This document shows, in pieces, positions 26,748 to 42,000 of a stretch of DNA of 64,000 bases. Below the pieces are notes generated by a model, which worked only from the letters and a program-made list of their open reading frames with translations, did not search any database and was not told where the DNA came from. The DNA lies in assembly GCA_964057225.1 (NCBI GenBank), contig OZ059894.1:13950001-14014000 (forward strand), given 5' to 3'. How positions within the stretch are numbered: position 1 is the first letter of the stretch; every line of letters starts with the position of its first letter. This stretch comes from Auanema rhodensis. Taxonomy: Eukaryota; Animalia; Nematoda. The position numbers were made by a program, and so were the translations under genes.

Positions 26748-28880
26748 TACTTTTTCTGAATTGTTAGAGCTTCGGTCAAGCTTCTTCTAAATTTGATGAG
26801 TCTTCTGATACATAGAAACTGTTAGCAATCGTAACAATCAGCAAGTCGTCTCACTTCTTGCCTATGAAAAACCGTGAGAATTGGGCGGAACCTGAGGATG
26901 ACCATAAATGGATCAAGTGGATGTTCCTCGTCGTGTGCACGTGCCGGCCGAATACAACTATATTGTACAAAAGTGATGTAGAGACGATGACGGCTTCGAG
27001 ATCATAGCCGGTTTCCCTGTTTGTCATCTTCTGGATGAAGACAAAGAGGATGATGGCTATGAAGACGACGACAATAGTGTTGATGACTGACCGTCTAGAT
27101 TATTAAGAAGGGGTCGTCATCACAAGCTACATAAACTGCAAGGTATGAAGACATGAGATGCAGCTTAATGGTTGGAACTATAAGCGATCTCAGGACTTAA
27201 GCTTTGATTATGCCCAGCTTGAAAGAATAACTTATTTCTCAGCCATTAAAGAAACATGATGAATAAGAAAAGATTAACTTGACATGTTTTGACTCAGATA
27301 TTCAGCCATCTTTCTTCTCAATTCTATACTTGCAATATTTTCCTCTTTATAGTATATTGTTAAAGAAACTAGTTATCGAATGAATAACATAATAAAAAAT
27401 AATAATGATAATCTCGATTTGGCAACTTACAGAATCTGGATTGATCTTAGTCAAATGTTAAATACAAAGTACTAATTCCAGTTTTTAATATGAGAATTAG
27501 CAATCTAAAAGATTAAAAAAACAATATGAATCTGTTTCTCACCATTGTGGATAACAGATCTTTTTTTTTCAGTTCACAACAGAGTTTGGTAAATCGGTAT
27601 TTTCGGTCAAACGGACAACGCAATTTTTTTTCAAATAAGGATCCTAGGTTTTTTTTTTCTCTATCTTTTTTTCTCTTTCTTTTCCTTTATCTCTAAATAT
27701 TTACATGTTTTCTTTTACTCTTATAACAATCTACTAAAGCAAAAATAATAGATCTGAAAAAAAGTGACAAAATTGCAAACAAAAAGTGCTCAACTTGTTG
27801 CTCAGAACAAAATGTTCATTCTTCCATTTGGTTTTTTTGTTCTTCTCAAACAAATTATTCTAGTTTTTTGAAATTGCAAAGGAATAAAAGAAAATCCGGA
27901 AATATATGATTTTCTATATCAATAACAAGAATGCTACTTTTGAAATATTTACAACTACGTGGTATAATTTTTCAGTGAAAAATTTTATTTTTGATCCTCA
28001 ATCTTAATATGTTTTCTTTCTTTCTGATCTTTTAATATAATTGTCTGTTTTCTAATCTAATGAAAGGCATCTTATGACTTCAAAGCTTGAATATTTCTAA
28101 ATTTTTTCACGAAATGTCCTGTTAAAATACTAATTAAAATCTGAAAAGTAATGTGTTGATAATAAAACTTTGTTATAACTTTGAAATGTAATTGATGTAC
28201 GAAATTTCAAATACTTTTTACTTCATTTGGAATTTACAATTTAATCGGATGTTTCTGGCTTTTTACAAAGATTTATATCTTTTCCTGTTCCCGCTTCTTG
28301 ACAACCTTTTTATACATGAAGAAGCTTTTGAAATGTGATACTATCGTCATCTTGTTCAGCTGTTCTTTTCAATCATATTCGCTTCTTAGAATACTTCAGA
28401 ACATTTCCGGACATTGTGAAGATTTTGAAGAACTCATATCTAGTCTTAATACAATATTTGAGATATGAGTTAAAGAATAGGTTGTTGTTATTAGTATTTT
28501 TCATCCTGGAAGCTCTTTTATTGCGAATTCATTCACGTGTGATTGACGTTATTCACGTGCCCTCATTCACGATATTGTGTTTTTATTTCATTCTAATCTT
28601 TCATGCAGTTCGGTTGTGTTTTGTCCATTTTCATAGCTTTTGTTTTATTTGCTTCAAACACTTTTTATATCCTTTTGAACTTTTACTATATTGAATAATA
28701 TGTATATGTATAAGTATTTGTATGTATATTGATAACTTGTTTTCCTTTTCTTATTTCTATCAGGACATCGAAGTTTGAAATACAAATTTACTAAACATCA
28801 TTTATCTATATCTCTTAATATATAATAATGTAAATTTTTGTTGGAAACACTATTTGAATGATTTCAATTAATTTACTCAC

Positions 28881-28899
28881 CTGAAATGTACTATTTGTT
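28881..28899 (-). other. Probable 19-nt non-coding first exon of the grl gene
   Basis: Minus strand reads TTTTCAG|AACAAATAGTACATTTCAG|GTGAGT; a matching acceptor TTCAG lies just before the grl ATG. Confidence 0.5.
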
Positions 28900-31800
28900 C
28901 TGAAAATTTCATATTTTTTTACTATACGACCTTCGGATTCACATCTTCACCAATCCTATATCTAATAGTCTTCTTTTTCTGTGCGATTTCTATGGTTAAT
29001 TTCTTTGAAATTAGCTGTCTATTTCTGTCTTGAATACAATTGGTCATGAAGCCAATTGACAGAAGGGACATGAGGCTTGATGACAGGCGACGACAAGGAT
29101 GCTAGATGGTGACGAATACAAGAGTGATCGATGGCATCGCCGACATCGTGATCGGCTAGGCTCCTCCGTCGAACAGCTAGAGAAAATGCTTATATGAGAG
29201 AGTTTGGAAAAACGGCAATGAGCGGTTACTACACATTACAAATCTCAGAGGGTTAAAATAGTAGTCGTGAGCGAGTAAGCTACATTAGAATTTGAATCGA
29301 ATTCTTGTTCAGATACCACCATCGTTATCGGCTCATTATCTGATCGGTCATTTCTAGTTTCTCGGAGAGTTCAAATGTGAATTACATTAGTAGATAGCTA
29401 CATGATCGTCTTGCATCAATATCTCATTAGTTTGCATTTACAAATTGCGAACTCCATTGCGCAACTATACGCTTTTGGGAATTGATTGTAAAGTTAACCT
29501 AAACCATCAACCCTAAATCCTAAATCCTCATTTTTGCTCTTTATCAAGTTTTTCTTTTTTGAAGTTGAACAACTTTCAAGAGACTTCTTTTCTATTTGTT
29601 CACTTAATTTATGTTAACTAGCTCTTAAGTGAAAAGCTGTAGTGGCTATATTTTATTCATCTATATCTTTACTTTTTGGTTTTTTCCTGACCCATGATAC
29701 AGAAAAAGTACTTATGAACCAGAATACATAATGTGTCTTATTTCAAAATATATGTACATATATCTAGACATGAAACTATAGAGCTTTCTAGAATATGACT
29801 TCAAGAGGGGAGGTCAACGGAAAGAAGATGCTGGTTGCATAGCGGATCTACTCTGAACAGACTGGGTATCTGCTCTTTGGCAGATACTGCTTGTCATTCC
29901 CCCCTCACTTCTTCCTTCTCTCTCTTTCTTCCGTGTTCTCTGATCATCTCGTTCATTCTCTTGCTCTATTTCGATCTTGCGTGACTCCGCCTTCTCTCGT
30001 ATTCTCAACCTCCCCCTACCCTTCTTCCAAGTATATGCATGTGCCGATCAATTGTACTATGAAACAGCTGGCAACTCTCTCTTTCCCTCGAGCAAGTCTC
30101 CCAAGCCTCACTCTGTGTCTCTTTGATTTCCCCAATTCCTCTCTTATTTCGTCATCATCTACTTATTTTCAATTCACTGGACATGCTTGGTACTCACTAG
30201 GACTTGCTACGACCACCCGGACCGAAATTTATTTTCTAAATCTAAATGTTTTTTTTTTAAATAAATAGTAGTCAACCCTACTATTAGGACTTACTATATG
30301 TTTATTCGAATTTTAATTACTATTACATATTATTAAATATTACGATCGTTTATTACATATATTCAGAAGCTCCTTTGGTTCATTTCATTCAACTTGTTTT
30401 CCTAATTTACTTTATTGCCATCACATATTAATCCATTCCTTCCATAACAATATATATTTTTGATAAAGCTCTCAAGTGAAAATCATTGCTTTAGTTTGTG
30501 AAAAAAAGATTTTACCCTGCTCTTTCTCTTTATAATGCCTTTTGATTAGAATTTATTAAGATAAAAGCGTTTGAAAACATTTTTTTTTGGAAATTCTAAC
30601 ACTTTAGTTATTCTATTCTTATCCTGAATCCATTAGCATGGCATTTGACTTCATTTTTGAAACCATATTACTTTCTATTCATACATGCTATATACCAATT
30701 CTTAATTAGCTAAGTTTTAGAACAAAATTTCATGATTTAGTTTCAAAAAATAGGTTATAGCAACTATTTCCATCCCAATATAACAGTTGTCTTTTCTAAA
30801 TTCGTTGTCCAGTTGTAGTTTTTTTTCCATCTCTACATGCAAACGCATACAAATCGTTTTTGTTACCTTTTTGTATTTTACATATAAAAAAGAGTTTCAT
30901 CTCAAAACCTGTGAATGATACATGTCATTCCAAAACCTCTATTTCATTCTTTATCTTTCAAATCTTTCATAAAATTTTCATTGCGTCTTAGTTTTGGTCA
31001 ATTGTGTTCATGGCTAACAATAGTTAAACAACAACGAAACTATTTTTTCTGTTCTCAAAGATTGCTCTTGTTAATTTTTATTTGAAATTTTACATTTCAA
31101 CTATGATAATATTTTTTAAACTAAATATTTAGATCCAATTAATTCATACATGTTGTATCACAAAAATATTTCTATATAAAGTATAGTAATCCATAAAATT
31201 TCTAACACACCACCTGTCGAATTCAGATGAAGACGTTATTCAAATCTGGCGAGGACGTCCTCTTTATCACGCTTTCTTATATTTCGACCCTACTCGTTCT
31301 TTCTCTGTTTCTGATTCCATTCTCTTTCTCCCTTTCTCTCTTCAGCCCTTTGCTCTCATAAGTCTCAAACAATGCACATCATGTTCATTGTGCTTCCATC
31401 GTCTATCCAAATTCAATTCCACAACTTCATCTTACTCTCTTTCTGTTCGTTTCTAGAACAAGGAATAGAAGTGAAATTCGAAGTGGAAGAAAGCTGCTAA
31501 ATAAATGAGTAGCGATGCTCAAACATACTACTTTTTTTTAAATCCTCAGGGTTTTTTAAACTTATCGTCCTGACCATTAAGTCTATATACCTTATTTTGT
31601 ATTTGGACCAGAAATCTGGCTGATGTATCAAAACTGCCAACGAAAAGAAGAGTTCAGTTCATTCTTCCTTTTTGTTCTCCTTATTTTTTTATTCAAAGAG
31701 CCTTCGAAAACAACACTGTTATGAAGCCACTCAATTGTTTGTTTTTGGGTTTTCATTCCCACCGTTTCCAACCCTTCACCTTTATTTTTAAACGTTGTAT

Positions 31801-33033
31801 GGTTTTACTCTTGCATGACGAACGGTAATGGCCTTATCGTTTAGTTTTCTAATATTCTGTTTAATTTATATGCTATAGTTAAGCTTATTAATCCGTTCTG
31901 TTGACCTAAAAATACATTTACGAAAATAGTATTCTTGTTAAGTGAATGAGTTGTGAGCGTGAGTCCCAATTTATTTCAGTCATTTCCAAATTTATCTCTC
32001 TCTAGAACCAGTTTGTTACCAATAAATTTTGCTCCTAAATCAATCAAACGTTTCAACTTCGATAATCTGTCGAACTTTTTCAAGTCCTAGAAGATGTTGT
32101 CCTCACACATATAAATTCTTTCTGATCATTTCCAACATGAAACAAGATGAGGTTGAAAAGGTGCCCCGCCTGATGAGAATCTCAAAAAAATTTTAGAAGA
32201 TGGCCTTTGGAAACAGTTTTTCATACTTACTCATCGTCCTTCCTTACATCGATCTAGTTCCGACTACTCTTTGTTTTCTCCATCGTTATCCTGCTTGTTC
32301 TTCCTTGAATATTAGATTTTGTTTCTTTAGCAATCCTACCTTTTTGCATATGTTCCAAGTACAAGCTTTCATGCTATTTTTGCTTAAATACATTAAAGAT
32401 GAGCTGATGCTTGTTTAGACAAGCGTGGGGCACTTGCATTATCAACTGCTTCAATAGGAAATCGACCTTGGTCACAAGAATAGCTTCCGCCTCAAACAGC
32501 TGGCCATATCTTTAATCTTCGCAGCCAGCTTCTCACAATTTCATATTTTGTTGATTTCGGAAATCGAACGTCACAAAATTGTCAATGTATGCATTGGGTC
32601 ATTCAATCGTTTGGTGCTTAGTATTTCGTAAATCTCTGTCATTTTAAATTTCTCATTACGTTCTCCGGAACGACAGATGTGGTACGAACGAGAAATCCTC
32701 TCAGATATTTTTTAAGAAAAGAATAGCATTCAGTATTTCTCTGATTTATACCAGGTCAAATCTTTCTAAAGTTTCAGCTAGAAAATTAGAACTAAAAGTA
32801 TTTTTTTTCCATTAGATATTACTGTAACTCAGAGAATTAAAGAAAAATAAGCTTTTCTCACTTCACTTTCTATATTCATTTAATGAAAGTGTCACTCCAT
32901 AGCTATCTTCATCATTTTTGGGAAAATTTCATCTTGTTCCGCTAAAGCCCACTTCAGAATTCAATTTTGTTCAGCATTGCCAGAACTTCTTCGATATCAT
33001 TTGAGCATTATTTATCTCTGTCCTTTTTAGGTT

Positions 33034-36000
33034 ATGCCGACGAGGTACGGCTATCAGACTTACTAGGACTTACGTCTAAGATATTCAGTTCTATTGAATT
33101 ATATATTTTATCAAGCTGATAATAATCCTTAAAAACATTCCACAACTGCCACCATTTCTTGATAGTTCATCCATCATCGCCTGACAATGATGCAATAGCT
33201 CCTAGTTTTTGTTTCCAGGTTCAGATTCTGCAAATCGTCTTTCATAGAAATTTTTTCTTGTTATATGCTACCGAAAACAAATTCACCATGTTTTTAACAT
33301 TGAAAACCTTAGTTTTTTATGAATGATAACCTTTTCTCAATAATTTTAATGCTGAACAAACGAAGATTCTTTCAAATTTTAAAACTTTATCAGTGGAGCT
33401 AGTGAATTCTTTAAATACCTATCATAAAACTCCCTGTCACCTGACTCCATAAGCATACTATTTAATAAAACATTCCTCTCAATAATAGCTAATCCATCTA
33501 AATATTTCAATATGGATAAATTGTATGTTAATAAGCTTGCAAAAATCAAATAAAAAATATAAACATTGATTCTTTCTCACTAAACTTGATAGCAATAGAT
33601 CTTGATTATTTTTCAACATTATTTGTTATCGATCAAACGTATTAATACTACCAGCTACTCTCCTAAATTTATATCTATCTTTGTGGACCCGATAAGCATA
33701 CTAAGGGGTCATCAGCTAAGTTGGAAGACATTGACCGAAAACAACTTCCATCTTATTAGTCTATGCATTTAACTCGAAAGAAATCAAGAAAAAATGAGCA
33801 ATAACTAGTTCCCCAACTAATGCGGAAAATAAAAGATAAACGAAACCGACCGTTCACTAAACAATCACGATTTTAAATGCTTCACCTATTATTTTACGAC
33901 GAGATGTGCTGTTAACGGTCGATCATTCTCATACCTTATCATTTTCAAGTTAGATTGGCAATTACTGGTTGTGTTTTGAGTGGACTTCAAACTTCTGGAC
34001 ATTTGGACTAGGTTTGAGCATTTCCGTTTAATATCTTAATATGTTTGAATACTGTTATATATATAGTTCTTCCATATCCCATTTAAAACTAAACAAATTT
34101 CTAATGCATTTCTAATAGATATAGTCTTAATTATCTTATTTTCTTCCATATGTGATGACTTATTCTCGTGACAGTTCACAAATATTCATGCCGAAATGGA
34201 AATAGTTTTATGTTTACTGTTAATTCCATTTGGGGGTAAACACTGCCCATCAGTTCGGGACCCATAATCATGACTCAACCAGAAATGTTGATTGTCTACA
34301 TTTACTCAAAGTACAAAATTGTTTGCTTTTTCTTTATTCACGACTAAATCACTAGCTTTTTTTTCGATAAAATAGCAAGCATATCACATCATGATAAAAG
34401 TTTTCGAAAACATGTCCTAGTGAATATGAAAAAAAATGTTGATTTAAAATTTTGGTAAATATATGACATAGATACACAATGTTTTTCCAAATCATCTTTT
34501 AAAAAAATAGCGGATGCGATTTCTATATGCGCCATTATCTTAAAACAAAAATATTTTTTTATTTGGATTTTTATATTTGTCTTACTTGGTTTTCTTGAAC
34601 TTCGCAATTCTGTACAGGAAACTGTTGGTTTCTGTTGGCAGCTGATCATCCATGCGATCGAATTGCTATTTGTTTAGGTGATCATATTTACACCAACGTC
34701 TCATTCATTGATAGGTGGTCAACAGAAGTTCTTATTAAAATTTCGATCGTTATTGAGTGTGATTCTAGCCTTTTTGGTTTATTTTACGCTAATGATTAAG
34801 GCATTCATTTTCGATATTCATAAATAATATAGATATACCCTTTTAACTAGCTTTTCTCTCATGCGAATGGTCATGTATCAGCACTATTAATATAAAATTG
34901 TTATGCGATCGCACTCTCATATCGATATGCGCGTTAGGTTGTGGGTGTTAATGTCTTATCTTTAAATCTTTTCATTTTTCTATGATCACAAGGCTCATAA
35001 GACCAATGCCACACTCATATCTTATGTTCCAGTTGCGTAAATAAATTTCACCAACTGGGTTTTAAGCCAACCATGGATAATTACTTTTGCTTCAGCTGCA
35101 AGCCTTTGTTCAGTTAAAGCTGATGAGCTTAATCGTGTAACACTCAATATCTGGCTTATACACTTCGCTTTCAATATACGCAAATAAGAAATTCTTTTTT
35201 CTTCAATACTAGAGTATGACTCAAAAACTTGCCATATCAGATATATCTGGTGCCTCAATTTTGGTATATAGAATATGTCGTTTGATATATACATATTTCT
35301 ATTAGTCTTCAGTATATATTACCTCTATTGTAAGCTTCGTGCTCTGTTAAAAAGGGTTCTGGTTCGCAACATTTCCAGATGCTAACCACATGGTCAATTT
35401 CTTTCTAGGTTTTCACTATTTTACTTACTACTTTTATAATATATATTCTTTTTTAACTCTAACTTCGTCTAAACATTCTTAATGTTTTCTTTTTTTGTCG
35501 TAATATGATAGAACAGTTGGTGAGCCAACGGGCAGTTTTGAATAGAAAGCCTAATCTTCACAAAGAAATCGCTGACCAATTAAATCTCCGTACAGCCGTT
35601 CATTTTTCGGCTAGTCTTTCTCTCAATTTGCCCTGTTTAAACTCGTATAGCTGTTCAGCACCCAGAGGTCTTTGGGTCCTCCGCCGTAAAAAAAGTCGAA
35701 ACGCATGTTTTCGCTCTCATATATCTGCTGAGAGTCCGTCGAAAATAATTTTTCTATATCAAAAACCTCTGTCCTGTTTCTTTATACATAATTTCTTAAA
35801 AGAAAACCTATTAAATAAAGTACCTATATTTACATGGCACCTTTATTTTGCTAAAAAACGTTCTAGCATTTATTGCTTTCAGGGAGAACGAATGTTCTTT
35901 TTCATTAATATTTCTGAAATTGTCGTTCTGATTAGTTTTAATCTGTAGAACGTTGTCTTCTCTTTAAATATATTTTGTCTTAAAATCGTTTTGCTCGATA

Positions 36001-39000
36001 TCAATTTGAATGATGTCAACCCAGCATTCTAGCACATGTTCTCTTTGTGGGCATTTATTAGTTGTTCACCTCAGTATTAGAGCCTGAATGGATGAGAATA
36101 CTTAAATCATTATTTCAAGAATTTCGGGCTCGTGCATTTCGCTTTGTATGACTCAAATATGTATCTCCAACTCCTTACTCTTTTATTCTATGGTCGGTAA
36201 CATTGACATTATGTACTAGCCCATTGATTCATAGTGTTTGATCGAAACTTATTCCAAACTGTGTCGTGTGGGCTGCTCGCCAGGAGATTAGAAGCATTCG
36301 TCTTCGAGTAGATCATTTCTAGTTAGCTTTCGTCCATACAGTGCCGCAGTGTTATTCTCTTTGTTCCATCTCTTTGACCACCCGCACTTACATTTTTTGT
36401 TCGTTTCTTAGCCATGTGTTAGGAAATACTGAAAAAGGTTGTTCTTGGGCCCGTTCTTTTTAGCAAACGGCCACCCTCTGACTGCCTGTTCAACGACCCA
36501 GGTCATTCATAGCCTAGAACCTCAGCAGCTGCAGTCGGCAGACAGTTTTCTCAGACAATCGGCGTTCTGTCCGCTCGTCCAATTCTAATTTCTTTTTCCC
36601 TATTCTCACAATATAACTTTTTTGCTCATATTATATACCCAACCCATATATTTGATATCTGTGGTTGGAGCTCATTTGACTAAACCTGCCATGAGCCCTG
36701 TGTTTACAGCGTCCATTGGTCCAATTCGTTGGACGCATTGGATGGATGCCAAGTACTTGTTCTTTGCTTCCGCTTATTCTCGTTATACTTCCTACTACTA
36801 ATCTGAACATCATTTTATGATATGTCAATTATTATTTCTTGTACTTTTAACTTTTGCTTCTGAAAAAGTTTTCCAATTGAAGTGTTGTTTTGAATATGTT
36901 TTTACTATTTTATTGTTCATAACGTACTTTGTTACTGATTGATCAGCTCCGCACTTTGTTACTGATTGATCAGCTCCGTTCTCGTACTTCTCATTATTTC
37001 TAATTTCGACATTTATTTCAGATTGTGAACTATGTCTCAATAAGTATTTCTATTATTACTATTCAACTCTACCTTGCACCTTTTATTAACCGCAAATTAG
37101 AGCACCGGCAGACAAAATGAAGTTAGTTGCTTTTTTGTTCTTTTATCTTTTCATCACCTGTTTTATATTTTTTCAACATTCTATTAATTTTTTGTTTGAT
37201 TGTTTGTATGGGGGTCATTGAGGGTGGTCTGGTGGCCACGCGGCTTCTTATGGCTTGCGCTTAGATATTGATTGAGTGCTCTCTTTCTATGTCCCTTCAT
37301 CGGTTGATGACGTTTATGCTAGTTCAGGAGACTATCTGGTCATCACCATTAAACAAAGTAGTACATTGAAAAATAGTTAGAAAGTATTCCCGGAGTTTCA
37401 AACCCTTTGTAACGAGCAATATTGTTTATCTCATTATGAACTGCATCATAGCCTCAACGAATTCTTACATATAAATATTCCATTACGGATCGTATATATC
37501 ACTTGTGTGAAAAGTAGCTCGAAATTTAATACTTTCAATGTTTCAAATCTTACATTATTGCCTTAAACTTACAATTTGAAATGAGTAATGCTGATCAAAA
37601 TATTTCATTATTTCTATTGTCATGTATAAGGCAGCCTTGGGATGTGTGATGGTCACCACATTAGACTATGTAAATAATAGAGGCCTTATAGTCTCCCTTC
37701 AACGCTTCCTTTTGAGTGTTCTATAGTAGCGTCGTTTCGATTCATAACACAGATTAGTAGAGAAGTGTCCAAGCCTAAACACTACAGATACCGAATTTTG
37801 TTGCTAGTTGCCTTTTTATAGTAAGCCTGGTTTTTTTCTGAAAGCTGTTAAATCAGGCCGGGGAAGTTAAAAAAAGCGACTATGTTGTTCTCTACAGAGT
37901 TCATGTTATAACAAACCATATATAGAACCCTTGGGAGGTTTTTTGACAAAATGTTTCATTCTGGACCTTTGACCTATAGTAACTTTCGAAATGATGTAAT
38001 ATACATTTGGTGTTATGTGTTTTAGAAAGCATGGATTTGCACGTTAACCTTTTATATATATATATTGCTTATATACCTATTTTTTCAATAATTGTATTTG
38101 CTTCTACGAATATTTTAAAGATTTTTTGAAGCTATACTCTATATACATTATATTTTTTGTTAGGATTAATTGGCAAGTTATGCAATGGTTAAGATTGCTT
38201 TCTAGCCTCGTTTTCTGCAATTCACTTGAATGTTGTAGTTCATCATTGGTGAAACAACAGCTGCTACTGAGACATACGATCGAGGCTGTTTGAATCCCCT
38301 GAGTTCGTACCCTCCCGTTGTTAATGCCCTCAACCCGCTGATTCTTCCGTTACATTTAATATAAGGATCCTTCATTGGTCAGATTATATATTCAAATGAA
38401 TGTCTTTTCAAATTTAAAAGTCGATTCTTTATATTCAACATTATAGATAAATCGGATAGTCTTTTTGCCTCGGTAGCAGCCGAAACTGTTTACAGTAAAA
38501 TAATAATGTTGGCATTTTACTGTTTTTGAATATGAAAATACAGATTTGAAAATATATATAGAACAATCCACTAATTAAATGTATTGTTATTAGTTACTTC
38601 ATTAATGGTATTTAGTCACAGGAGTACTAATCTGTTGTTCAATTTGCCTGCACTATCCACCTTGCAGACTTCAAGCATTGCGTATATGTCTTAATTTGTT
38701 CCATTCTACATACTCTGAAGACAATTTCTCTAAACGAGTGTTGGCCTAGTTTGTGTTATGCATTGGATTCTCTTTATACTTAGATATTACATCAAGTGTA
38801 ATTCTGTGATTATCCTCTTATTGGCTAACGACCTTAGAGGCGAGCGCACCAGAATGTTGTTCACTTGCTGTTCCTTGGATGGAGAGGAAGGCTGGTCCGA
38901 TGTATTATGGAGGACGACGACTGATGATGGCGGCGAGGCTAGTAGTAGCAGCAAGGCGAGGTCCGCCCCTCTCGGGCACGCGATCTCCCTGTGCGCGTCC

Positions 39001-42000
39001 ATCCGCGCTCTCCGGCCCATCTAACCCCTAGCCCAACCAACAATGCCTCTGTAGCGATTGAACCTCAACTTAGGAGTTTTCCGATGACAGCCGATATCAC
39101 CTTTTAAATTATATTTATTCGTTTTTTTCTTGATCCTCAGTTTTAGTTTTTTTTATCTTCAGTTTTATCTGAATATCTGTTAATAGTATTAATACTACGT
39201 TTATCTTTTTCTTTACGGCTCATTCCTATTATTTTCACCAGCTCTCCTGATTAAATTCGATCACATCGGTTTTTTATCTCATTGTTCGAATATTCTATTT
39301 AGCGTGTCTTGTTCAAGACTACGCTGATACAGTCGTTTATCTTCACTATTTGTTTGCCTCCAGAATTTAAAAGAAAGAGAAAAACGTCTTAGGAGCAGAC
39401 GTATTGTCCCAATTTAATTTTTCTATTGATTCTTCTTGTTATTACCAGTGACTAAAACATTGCTTTTTATTTTATTTTAACTAATACAATTCTTAGCAAT
39501 AATGTTGTCATGCCCTCCAAGACCCTATAATACTTGTACGGGCGCGACTTCTGTTTGTCGCCCAAGAAGTGGTATTTATCAAACACCTGGAAGGTATGGT
39601 TTCATGTCTTACCTCTTTTTCATTTATAAAAAAACATTTCTATGAATTTCTCACAATTGTATTGAAAATGTTTCACATTCCCCACCGGGTTTGAAGCTAC
39701 ACCAGCAGCTCTATCAAAGTGTCAATCAAAGCGTTATTTCTATGATGTATGACTAGCAGATGAGCTCAGGCGGTTATTGAACTTCCGAAATGGGTGGCGA
39801 GTTCCTCTACTATTTGGTTTTGCCTCTCGTATCACTGAACTTTCTAATACTCAAATTATTTATTGTTTGCATCACAGTATTCAATAAAGTTCTTGTACGA
39901 AACTGTGAGACTGTGGAGGTCATGTTTTCTTCCGCTGTACAGATCATATCAGATAATCAATTATCGTCGATGGACAGTTACCCAAATGACTTCCTGGTGT
40001 CGTATATTCCTTGTCTATCAGATTGAGTGTGAACGCGTGAGAAATGAAACTAAAAACTACAAAAGTAAATGTGAAGCTCTTATAGCGGTGTACTTGTCTT
40101 TGAGCATTCATTATTGAATTAATCTCTTTAGTTTTGTTGACTTTATCACCGTTGAGATGGCCTCTGTATCTCCTCTTGTTGAATATTCCTCGTTCATTAT
40201 AAGCCTTCTAGTCTTTTCTTTGCTTTAACTATGCGTTACATTCCTGTGTTGAATATCTTGTCGTCATTGTGTCTTCCTCGACTTTGCCAATTTGCATATC
40301 TCACACTGGGTCAGCGAGGGGTCATCTAATGAGGATGAGGATGTGCTGAATGTTCAGGACAGAAGGCTCAATATGGATAATGTGATGTTTTGCTATTAGC
40401 AAACCATATCGTTGAGCTTTCTTGTATTAAATATATGCTTCTGTTGGAGGGAGAGATATACATAGATTGGTTTGAAGGCACAACGGGCGATTGGAAAGTA
40501 TGCATAAGATTCTTTCTCTTCACTCTCATTGTGGATTACGAATTATAATGTTTCAATCCCATGGGTGTTTTTGATTAGAACAATACTTTTGACGCTTTAA
40601 AAAGAAAAAAAACATATTTCAACTCAAGGAGTGAGCTAGGCAAGTAATAGCGGCTTTCAAAGCTACAATTCGCACGTCAAGAGAAATCTGATTATCTGAG
40701 TAGTAGCCATCGCCAGTAGTTAACGATGCGTAAACTCTTGAGTTTAAGCTCGAGCTGGACGTTTTCGAATATCGCTTTTTTCACTTGAGATGAGAGTTAT
40801 AGTTCTTCCAACATTACTTTTGTTTTTTAATCTCGTGATTTTTTTTTGTTTCACGGAGAAGAGAGTCGAAAATTCGAAGAATTTCTAAAGAAGAAGCTTA
40901 AACGGTGTGGAAGTAAACCACAATTTATCATTCTGCTTAGTTGAACACTAACATTTGAACGGAATAGATAAGGCATGGCTTATACTAAGCAAAAGTTGAA
41001 ATTCAGCTTTTTTGGTTCATTTCGTTAGGAGAGTAACAGAAAACATCTTTACATTCCAACTGTTCGAAGGATTTTTTTTTTAAAAAGACAGGATAATCTT
41101 TAGTTGACATTCATGATCAGTTTTTATTCTTCATCTGTGGTAGATTTTTGGAGTATTGAATTCGCTGTTTTTGTTTGGGTTTGGCTTAGTACATCGCCGT
41201 TTAAATCCGTATTTTTATTGACACTATTCATGACTAGCTATTTCTTCCCGAAGAAGAAAGCTATTCTGATTTCAAAAGAAAGCCGATGCGGCTAACTAAT
41301 GGACGAACTCTATTTTATTTGACATTCTCTTTCATATGCCTGTCATATTTGATATGAAAATTGTTCAGTTTCTGTTGAGGCATCAATGGTTCGTATAGCC
41401 AACACATGATCGCGTGGGCATTTCGCTTCGGCATTTAAATTTAATAATTTCTATTATTTCAAAATGTATGTAGGTTGAGGCAAAACTGTCAGTATGGGTA
41501 TGACTCAGTCAACTGTAGCAATTAGAACGCTCTAAGCGCTTCGTGAAACGTGGGAATGTCATTGGGCTTTGATCACTAGATTTATTCGAGTAGACAAACG
41601 GGGGGATAGTTCGATAAAAATAGGGTTCTTAAAATATAAAATATATGAAAAATAGCTAATAAGAAATTAATTTTTTTTTCAGTGAGACTCCCATTGCTCA
41701 GGCCATAGCTGATGTTATGCTATATAATGAAATGAGAAAATCGTGGCAACCGCCAGAGGGAACAGATGGAAAATCACACGTTCAAATTTTACAGCATAAT
41801 GTCAACAATGCTTTTCGAATCGTCGCAATTAGTACTCAGGTAGGAATTATCTCGTTTTTCGTTTGACAATGGTCGTTCTGCGTAAGTGAGAGGGTAGTAG
41901 GGATACTTAATAATCTTCAAAAATGTGTTCGATGCAGTCCTTCATGTGCTTCTTTCACTAACTACTCGTGCAACTTCATTATGAATTCGAGTATTGTTAA

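Noticed and set aside
29497-29530. Degenerate CCTAAA repeats resembling telomeric sequence
   Set aside because: Only three imperfect units, and not the nematode TTAGGC repeat.
38891-38903. GGCTGGTCCGATG resembling the vertebrate Y RNA 5' end
   Set aside because: No complementary CTTGAC 3' strand or Pol III terminator downstream.
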